Assembly: GCA_002189035.1 (NCBI GenBank) | Contig: NEEC01000004.1 | Coordinates: forward strand, 992,001 to 1,056,000 | DNA length: 64,000 bases | Source of the DNA: Utricularia gibba | Lineage: Eukaryota > Plantae > Magnoliophyta | Direction: 5' to 3' | Shown here: one piece after another, positions 54,888-64,000 of the stretch | Numbering within the stretch: the first letter of the stretch is position 1 | Layout of the letters: each line of letters opens with the position of its first letter | Position numbers and translations under genes: made by a program | Notes under the pieces: model-generated | What the model was told of the DNA's origin: nothing | The model's database searches: none | Seen by the model: the letters and a program-made list of their open reading frames with translations, nothing else

Positions 54888-56821
54888 TTTGCCGAGCTTT
54901 CACACCCCTCGTCGTCCCCCTATCCAGTTCTGGCGATTCATTTCAAGGAAGGTGAGAATCTGAAGAAGAAAGAAGGGATTCCGACAGCGCGTTGCAGAAG
55001 ACAAACCTGGACACTCTGTAGTCCTGCTCGCTTCCTAATTCTTCTTCATCTTGCCGCCACCCTATCTATACAAAATGCTCGCCATCCTCCTGTAGAAAAA
55101 TGTACATAGGTGAACCCAAGGAATTTTCAGCGATCTTTTTTTCCGATTATGATGGCTAAAAAGTTCATAAATGCAACTGCATAATCTTTCAACGGCTAGC
55201 CCCATTTGGGAAACTGGAAGAACCTTATCCGACAATGCTGTAATTTTTCATTTGCAATATGATGTAATGAATAATATTTTATTTGTCACGTGAAATAATA
55301 TATTTATAAATCAATATCATATCAATACATTCAATAATAAATTCCAATTATTGCCTTTTTTCTACCATAACCTCTAAGATAATAATATCATACTAATTAT
55401 TAAAAATGTTATATATTATAAATAATGTAAATATTTCAGATAAAATAACAAAGCTACACATAAATTTGTAAATATCTAATATTGTTTCATTTTTAAACAT
55501 TTAAATTAGATGATTTAAAATAATGGTATCATATTTGTAATTAAAATATGATGATATAGAAAGAAACATGAAATTGTGGGAGTAATGAGAAACAATTGGT
55601 TATAAATTTGTAATTTTTAAAATAAGCCGTTCATCCCATTTTTTCAAGTATTTTGGGCTCGAAGGCTTGGGCCCTTTGGAGTCGTGGTGAGCCCCCTGTC
55701 CACGGCTACTTTTTAAAAAAAATATTCAGAATTAAAAATAAAATAAAATAAGGTAATTAGTCGAAAATCGAAAACCATGTGCCAGAATCATCCGTGGCGT
55801 GCGGAGGAACTCGTCTTAATCAAGCGCGGGTGGGTCCCTTCTGTCTAATTACATTGATATGCGGTAGAAATTATAATCATTATTTTTTTATTTTCCAAAT
55901 AATAAATTAATATGCATCTATTTCTCATTTTTTAAAATGAAATATTAAAATTATCATGATTAAATGAATGAAAAATGAAGCAATTCTAATTTTTCATCCT
56001 CATTATAAGAAATCATTTTTAATAATGTGCTTTTTTATTTTCTATCCAATTCATTTCTCTAAATTTATTATCTAATTTTTCATTTCTTCTAGGGTTTCAA
56101 AAATAATTTGTTTAATTGGAATGTATCAATTGTTGTTGACTCCTTTTTTTGTATGAGTTTTTTTATTTAATAATTTATTTTTAAAATTATAGAATATCAA
56201 TTCTTTTTTTTTCTTATTTTCCACCTCTACCTTTTTTTTTCCAAAATTTAAAAAAATATGCACTTAACATATTGTTTATCGGGTAAGATACTGTGGCAAA
56301 ATGGTTTGATGAAGTGACATGATTATTATCGAAAAATTCCATCTGGGAAATTTCGTGGGTAATTTAAGTTGGTGTGGGGCGCCGTCGGTCGACCGGCAGC
56401 GACCCACAGCATGCTCCTTGAACCAGTCACCCCGGGTGTGCTACTCCAGGGTGGTATCAAAACGGCAACGGTTTGGACAAAGATATTGTCTTACGTAGCC
56501 TACGTGCACAAATTTGTGATGTTTAATGAATAATGTTAGTTACAGTGCACGGCCATTAAGCTTCTCTAGGCCATCTGATACATAGGTCCATCGACTTATT
56601 CTAATTACAGCATGATTATGAGTGGAAATAAATATAGGAATTGTTAAGGATCCGATTGAAGTCCAGCTCTCCGATTGCGTGGAAATGCGGACCAAGACTC
56701 TTCACTGCGACACCGTACGACGACAAGTCAAATCTGGACTACGACTGGAGGAATTTCAGACCGGAAGTTTTGTTACATAAACCCCGGCTGTCATGGTGTT
56801 TTTTCACTCGCGGCATTTGCA

Positions 56822-58233
56822 ATGGAGTTCATTATTTTCCCCATTGCGGTTTCGGTTTTTCTCGTTGGGTTAGCTCTGGTTTTCGTCTCGGGCCGGAGTG
56901 ACTCAAGGCTCCCGCCGGGCTCCTATGGCTGGCCGATCATCGGGAGTCCTACGAGTTCTTGTTTGGCTCGCCGGAGAAGTTTATCGGGGATAGAATGAAG
57001 AGGTACTCGAGGGAGATCTTCAAAACCAAAATCCTCGGTGAAAAGACCGTCGTTCTGTGCGGCGCGAAGGGGAACAAGTTCCTGTTCTCCAACGAACAAA
57101 AGTATTTCAATGTCTTCCGCCCACATCCTATGCAGCACATTTTCAGATCGTACAAGAAGACGTCTTCGGCGCCGCCGCCGACGGAGATCAAGCAAACTCA
57201 AGAGAATCTGGTGATTCGGCAACCGGGGTTTCTGAAACCCGAAGCTCTGATGCGATATCTTCCACTGATGGATTCTATTTCACAGCAGCAGATTCATGCG
57301 CATTTGGATGATAAGGACTTAATTGAGGCCCTGCCCATGGCGAAAACGTTCACTCTAACCCTCGCTTGTCGATTGTTCTTAGGAATCGAAGATCCAGATA
57401 GAATCGCACGCCTCGTGAAGCAGTTCGATGATATCTCGAACGGGATGCACTCGTTTATGATCGATTTCCCAGGAACCATTTTCTATCGCGCGAACAGGGC
57501 AGCGGCGAAAATCAGGAAGGAGCTCTTAGCAGTTATTTCTGAGAAGAAAACTGTAATCAGAAAGGGGGGTCGTGAGTCTGATATCCTGTCGCATCTGATA
57601 ATGGCTTTTGGTGAGGATGCCGATGACGAAATCGCCGATAAAATGATGGGGATTCTTACGGCGGGGTACAGCACAGTGGCGACCACCATAGCTTTTCTGA
57701 TGAAATACCTCGGTTTAAACAAAGAAATCTACGAGAAAGTTCGAGAGGAACAAATGGGTATTGCGGATTCGAAGAAATTAGGCGAGCCCTTGGACTGGGA
57801 AGACGTTGGGAAGATGAAGTATTCTTGGAACGCCGTTTGCGAAACTCTGAGGCTGGTTCCGCCGTTGCAGGGCACCTTCCGTGAAGTTATGGAGGAATTT
57901 ACTTTCAATGGGTACACTGTTCCGAAAGGTTGGAAGGTTTATTGGACTGTGAGCACGACGAATAGAGACCCAGAGATTTTCCGGAACCCGGAGGCCTTCG
58001 AGCCGTCGAGATACGAAGGGGATGTGGCGCCGGCGCCGTATACGGTGGTGCCATTCGGTGGCGGGCCGAGGATGTGTCCGGGGAAAGAGTACGGGCGAGT
58101 GGGGATACTGGTCTTCCTTCATTATGCTGTTAGGAAGTATAGATGGGAGGTTGTGGATCCCAATGAGGAGGTTACGGGCGGCATGATGCCGGAGCCCCGC
58201 CGTGGGTTGCCGATTAGATTACACCCGAACTGA
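56822..58233 (+). CDS. Cytochrome P450, CYP716-like (CYP85 clan), intronless; apparent 1-nt deletion at 56942-56944
   Basis: TM anchor MEFIIFPIAVSVFLVGLALVFV; proline hinge LPPGSYGWPIIG; PEKFIGDRMKRYS...FKTKILGEKTVVLCG...NKFLFSNE; ETLR (ExxR); PKGWKVYW; FEPSRY; heme FGGGPRMCPG. The span is 1412 nt; adding 1 nt gives 470 aa. Confidence 0.9.
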
Positions 58234-58257
58234 ATTTTTCATGTCACCTCTACTTTC

Positions 58258-58287
58258 TAAAACCGGTTTAGATTGAAACCGGTTTTA
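58258..58287. repeat. Perfect 12-bp inverted repeat with internally palindromic arms
   Basis: TAAAACCGGTTT-agattg-AAACCGGTTTTA, starting 25 nt after the P450 stop codon. Confidence 0.85.
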
Positions 58288-58895
58288 AATTGATGTAATA
58301 AAGTTTTAATTTTAATAAATTTTTTGATGGCCAATTTTATATAGCAAAATAATTGGTTTTAAGATATTTTAAAGATTTTGGTTTTACTTGTCTTATAAAT
58401 TAAAAATTGGTTTAAAAAATTAATGATTTTCATAGATTTATCTAAAGATTTACACAATAATTTAATCATAATATTTTTAAATTAATAATTAATTATAATT
58501 TATTTAGATATTTCTTCTTCTAAATACTAAGCATGTCATTGTCGTCCATGGTTGACACAAGACAGTCAAGAAATGAAGAAAACATGAGTCTAGCTTTTTT
58601 TGTAAAAGGGACAGAAATATTTTTTTAAATGTGTAAATAATATTTTTATGAATACAATTTTATAAATATAATATTATAATAAACATATCTTAAAAACTAA
58701 AAACGACATTTGATTTTAGTTAAATTCTACTTCAATTATGCTAATTAACAAAAACGCGAAAAAAGTAAAATGGTTTTATTTAACAATGTGTGTTGTACTT
58801 TTATGTTAGATAATAATATCGTTGAATTAAATAGAATTTATTTTAAAATTTAATTCTGTGTAATTATTTAGATTTATCAAAAACCGGGAAACTAA

Positions 58896-58971
58896 TGGGC
58901 TCTATAACAAAATTGAATTTCGATATGGGCTGTTGACTAAGAGCTCATATAGAGTCGGCCCAGGAAGCCCA
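58896..58971 (+). promoter_or_regulatory. Site II element cluster upstream of coatomer epsilon
   Basis: TGGGCT at 58896 and 58926, GGCCCA at 58957, AGCCCA at 58966, 130-200 bp upstream of the ATG, as is typical of housekeeping promoters. Confidence 0.5.
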
Positions 58972-59097
58972 TGAAGCGTCGGGCGAGTCTTCTTTTTCGT
59001 TGTACCGTTGAATCTCTTACGCTGGTCTGGAATCTGTACTTCCCGTGATCGCATTTGCATTTTCATTCCTTCAAACGGCGGATCCGTAACATATAGA

Positions 59098-60989
59098 ATG
59101 GCTGCAGCGGCGGCTGGTGGACCAGATCCGTTGTTCGGTTTGAGAAACAACTTTTACCTAGGAGCGTTCCAGGCTGCGATTAACGGCAGCGAGATCCCCA
59201 ATTTGTCACCGGATGACGTTGTAGAGAGGGATTGCCTGGTCTTCAGATCGTATATTGGCCTGGGAAGTTATCAGGTGAGAGTCGAGATCTGCACGCTGTT
59301 GTCAATGCTTGATATACCATCGACTCTTGGTTTTGCTGGATCCGTAATAGGACTTCGAGTAGGTTCGGATTTTCGTTGTGAGATCTAGTTATCTCATTTT
59401 CGTATTTTGCTTTTTCTTTCGCCCTTGTAGCTTGTGATAAACGAAATTGATTCGTCCGCTGCAACACCGCTTCAGGCCGTAAAATTGCTAGCATTGTATC
59501 AATCAAACCCTGAAAACAAGGTGATTCCCCATTTACGCATTATTTTCATCCGCATCCTATGGCTTACCTTGGCTGTTCAGATTGTATAGGGTTTTTTGCT
59601 CGTTTGGTTTGTCCTATACACCTTATTTATGAATAGGACGTGAAGATTGACACACCTTATTTATGAATAGGACATGAAGATTGATGAATATGTTAGTGAT
59701 TCACTGCGTGCTTCATGACCAGTGGTGGAAATTTCATGCAGGAAACCGTAAAGTCAAGTCTCCAGGAGTGGCTTGGTGACCCAATTACTGGAAACAACCC
59801 CATCTTGCGCCTTGTTGCAGGGATTATATACACTCATGAACAGGATTATAACGAAGCCTTAAAGCAAACACATGCTGGAGGAACAATGGAGCTGTGAGTC
59901 CTTATATTCAGAGATAAATATTGTTATACTGCACGTGATTTTCATCAGGGCATGCAGCTTCTTAAAGCTTTGAACTTCATTATGCTCCTATCATCTGTTA
60001 ATATTGTTTTCTATGTTGCTTTGCACATTGCTGCTTAAAGCTTTGAATGATATAACCTGCTCATTTGGATCGTAGTCTTGAAAGCCTTCTCTTATCAAGC
60101 GTGTACCTTGTCACAAAACCAAGTATACCAAAGGATATGTTTCCAACTACACCACTTGTTGGAATCTTTTTTGATTTTTTTTATTATACATTAAACTCAC
60201 TGAGATTTTTTCATTTGAAATAAAGTTCCGGTAACTTTACATCTCCAATTATCCATCCATAGGTATGCACTGAATGTTCAAATTTTCATCAAGATGCACC
60301 GATCAGATTTTGCTGAGAAACAATTGAGGATCATGCAACAAATAGATGAAGATCACACACTGACTCAGCTTGCAAATGCATGGCTGAACTTGGCTGTGGT
60401 ATGTGGTGCATCTTGCTAGCCTTCATGAACGATTAAATTCCAGCTAACTTCTCAAAATTTCATCAATTAGGGAGGCTCAAAGATCCAGGAAGCTTATCTT
60501 ATTTTCCAGGACTTCTCTGAGAAGTATCCTATGACTAGTTTGATCCTAAATGGGAAAGCTGTTTCCCTCCTGCACAAAGGGGAATTCGATGAAGCTGAGA
60601 CACTTCTCCTAGAAGCCCTGAACAAGGTTGGACAGGATATTTAACCCTTTACTTCCTAATCTTGTTTGCTAGCATTGCAGCTTTCATTAGCCCTTTCTCT
60701 CGAAATTTGTATTCAGGATGCAAAGGATCCAGAAACTCTTGCCAACCTTGTAGTCTGCAGCCTTCACTTGGGAAAACCCGCAACTCGCTACCTCAGGTTG
60801 AATTTCCCAAGAACACACCGTTCAGCTGTCCATTATTTTCAGTTATGTTCTCCAGGTTAAGCCGTCACTTGCTTATTGTCCTCTATTGTGTTCAGCCAAC
60901 TGAAGCTGTCACACCCAGATCACCTACTTGTCCAACGTGTTTCCGCTGCCGAGGATAGTTTTGAGCGTGCACTTCAGACAGTTGCGTGA
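59098..60989 (+). CDS. COPE: Coatomer subunit epsilon (epsilon-COP), 7 exons
   Basis: DPLFGLRNNFYLGAFQAAIN, ERDCLVFRSYIGLGSYQ, ATPLQAVKLLALY, MQQIDEDHTLTQLANAW, KIQEAYLIFQDFSEKY, LLEALNK|DAKDPETLAN, FERALQTVA* (TGA 60987-60989). Confidence 0.96.
59618..59684. repeat. 34-bp-period tandem duplication in COPE intron 2
   Basis: ACACCTTATTTATGAATAGGAC[G/A]TGAAGATTGA occurs twice, with one mismatch. Confidence 0.95.
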
Positions 60990-61182
60990 ACGGGTAAGAG
61001 AGAAGATAACCATCGAATGTATTGCTATGCTGTGACACTATTTTCCAGGAACGAACGAACTCTTGTGGATGTTTGTCTCATTCGAATCCATGGTTCTTCT
61101 GTTCTGTGTGACTACAATCCTACCAATAAATTAGATAGACATATTTTTGTATTCACCTTCACATTTTTCCATGTTTAGATCG

Positions 61183-64000
61183 TTATACAAGTACTCCAGC
61201 TTCTCTGAATCTGGGATGTCGCCATGACGTCCTTCGGTTCTGCAAGAACTCCTTGCACGATTCTACCAGGCGCTTCACTGCCACATTTTCACTACAGGTC
61301 CCCTTGCCTATAATATCATTTAGTGTTGCTTCTTTGAACCTGTCTCCGTTTTCAACGAAGAATTTGGTCCATGATTTCTCTGTGAAATCTTCTGAACGTG
61401 AATCACTCAAGCACGACAGTACTGCAGCTGCATTGCCATCCTCCAGTTTCTTGCGCAACATTTCGATCACGAGCGGGGCTGGGGGATGCCGCCTCACTAC
61501 AGCCAAGTGCTTCCACACCATTTCCACCATCTCCCCCTGGAGAAGAGAAGCAAGCTACTTACCCTGGTGACATGTAATGCAACTGTATACATCAAGCTAC
61601 ATGACTTGGAACAGGCTCGCACCTTCCCCGCACGGCAGGCATCCAGTACCAGCCGAAGGTGTCGTTTCGGGTTGAAGTGATGACCGTATTTCAGCATCTG
61701 AGCATACACGAATTCAAGATCATCCCATCTTTTCTCCACAAAACATGCATCCAGCATTGTGTTGAATGTGTATATGTCTGGAATGACTCGGTCTCGGTAA
61801 TCGGCATCTCCACGGATGAAGCTGCTGTTCTCGAGCAACTTGAGGAATAACTCATAGGCATCTGGATACCTCCCATGATCAACGAAGCCCTTGAGCATGA
61901 TGTTGCAGGTTACCAAGTTGGGGGAGCAGAAGTTCTGCATGTAGTCGAAAATATATGCCGCATTTTTGACATATCCGGCATCCAGGGAGGCTTGGATCAA
62001 TCCAGTGTATGTTACAACAAGTGGTTTGTTTGCTACTCTGCATAGCTTGCTTAGCTGAAATCCAGAAAGCAGAGATGAGAACGATGAAATTGGAGCCATG
62101 GTGCATAGCAGACATGAGATACCTGTTTTAGTGCATCATCGCACCTTCCAGCACTGCAAAGGCAACGAGCAAGGTCATAGTATATACCGGCATTGCCAAC
62201 TATTCCTCTTCTCTCCATTTCATCAACAGCTGTTATCGCCTCATTGATTTTGCCCTCCTTCCAGAGGGTATTCACCAGAACTACAGACAGCAAGGAAGGC
62301 TGTTTGGGTTGGATAGTAAACACACTGCATTAGGGGAAAGGTTTAAAAGAGATACTACCTCTGTAGATCAAAGCATTTGGTACGTATGATTTCTGAACTT
62401 TCTTGAAAAAATCATGTACTAGGTTGTACTTCTCACATGCCAACATCACCTGTTCCAACAAGTATGAGATGGCAAGAACAGAAATGTGGCAAAGGCTGAA
62501 CTGCAGAAAAGATTGATTACCTCCATAACTAGCCCATATGTTGCACAAGAAGGTTGTTGCCCCTTTTCACGAAGCTGCTGCAGAACCCAGAAAGCTCCTT
62601 CCCAGTTTTTGCGTTGAACACAAGCATTTAGGACCTAGAAATACAGGCAGAAATTGGAAACCTGAAGGAAATGAATGAATAAAAGCATGGCTTCACAGTG
62701 CAGCAGTTTGATTATAAATTTAGTCAGTATCCATGGACCGGAATTTCACCATATAAATAATGCTAATGTTCCATATATGTCACAACAAACTGCGTAGGGG
62801 GTCATTTCCCACATACAAGGTAGAAAGCATGCAAGTGATACTTACAGCATTGTAAACGGTAATATCTGGTTCCAGACGTGGATCCCATTTGTCCAGAAAA
62901 GGAGTACTGAACTTCTTTTTAGGAGGAGCTCTCATGGTGTCGATCACATCAAAGAGCTCCTTGATATGCCCAGCTTGACCAAGAGTAACCGCAATACAAT
63001 GATAAGCTACAATATCAGGATAGGAAGGCATTTGTTCCTGCACATTTATAAAAAGAAAACCAAATAATTCAGTTTACGGACCCATTATGTACTTATGCAC
63101 GATCATGGAGTATGAATCATCACCAGCATGGCGTGAAAAAGATTGAGAGACTCTACAGGCCTCTTGGCCTTCCCAAGAGCACTCAATGCAGCAGTGTATA
63201 CATATCTGAAGATATGAAGAAATTAAGGATGGTAAGATGCTAGCTATGAATAGAAAACACACAAGTTTTTGCTGATATTAGGATAAAAAATCTGTGAGAC
63301 ATAACAAGCTGCATGCATTTTCATGATGCATTGATGAATAGTCAGACTGGACAGGTAGGACAGAATTTAGGATTGATGTGAAAAATCTACAAAAATAACC
63401 TTAGTTTGTGGGATTTGAAGCGTTCATGAGACCGCATCCAATCAATTACTTGAAGTACCCGCCTCCAGTTTCCAAGCATTCCTAATGCCTGAACAAGCCT
63501 CATTATTGAATAATCTGTATACTTTATTTGAGCACTTCGCATCATTTTTGAGAACTGCCACTCTGGTATGTCGATGTCAGCACCGTTGAGACTGCAAAAG
63601 GAAGCAAATTTCTTTGATCTACTGAACAACAAGGCATAACTCTTGAAATGGTAAATTATCATATCCTTCATAGTAGAATCAGAATTATATTCATTACACA
63701 CAAATCAACTCATACAAAAAAGAAAAATCAGTGAAGCACCCAAAGGCCTAGAAAAACAGAAACTAAAGTGTATTCCATCAATAAGGGGACCATGTATTAC
63801 TCACCACCTAGCAAGTTTCTGAATTCTGTCCTCCTTATCAGCCTTGGTGACTCTCTTCTTTTCAACAGATCCATCTTCAGACTCCAATGATCTAAAGGCA
63901 GCTCTTTCAAACATCGCATCATCATCTCTCTTCCCATCAAACCTCTTAATTACACCATTACGCTTCTTCTTAACCTCCTCTGTTGCAGTATCGTGATCAA
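61183..64000 (-). CDS. EMB2279: P-type pentatricopeptide repeat protein, EMB2279/SOT5-like (chloroplast); 5' part lies outside the window
   Basis: LNGADIDIPEWQFSKMMRSA; LGNWRRVLQVIDW; SYPDIVAYHCIAVTLGQAGHIKELF...PPKKKF...WDPRLEPD; KNWEGAFWVLQQL; LVNTLWKEGK; CRVANKPLVVTYTGLIQA; CSPNLVTCNIMLK; HFNPKRHLRLVLDACRAGK. Exons traced in frame to TAA at 61185-61183. Confidence 0.88.

Noticed and set aside
55200-56330. Very AT-rich spacers (also 21800-22800, 51500-51850, 58300-58880) examined for MITEs or Helitrons
   Set aside because: No terminal inverted repeats with target duplications or Helitron ends could be identified by eye.

Overview
Gene-dense nuclear euchromatin of a flowering plant (eudicot-like), with 16 recognisable protein-coding genes in 64 kb, mostly short introns and almost no transposon sequence. 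I cannot determine the species; the compactness suggests a small genome (inference). Gene order: AMT1 ammonium transporter (+), myosin XI (+), BLISTER-like (-), group C MAP kinase (+), pectate lyase (-), KAB1 K+ channel beta subunit (+), GHR1-like LRR receptor pseudokinase (+), TDM1/MS5-like TPR protein (+), ERT2-like protein (+), N-terminal methyltransferase NTM1 (-), choline/ethanolamine kinase (+), JMJ14/18-like H3K4 demethylase (-), GH31 alpha-glucosidase (-), intronless CYP716-family P450 (+), coatomer epsilon (+) and an EMB2279/SOT5-like PPR gene (-, cut by the window end). No prokaryotic systems, CRISPR arrays, rRNA or convincing tRNA genes were seen. Main observations: (1) four otherwise intact genes each lack exactly one G in a sense-strand G run, most likely a homopolymer assembly error; (2) the myosin XI has tandemly duplicated exon+intron units in its coiled coil, a decayed micro-exon carrying a stop, and a diverged cargo domain; (3) a putative spliced, ORF-less transcript runs divergently from AMT1; (4) a head-to-tail chain of Tourist-like MITEs sits in a divergent promoter; (5) two GC-AG introns. 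Exon boundaries were traced by eye. Family assignments rest on recalled motifs, not database searches. I found no evidence strong enough to claim a new biological system.
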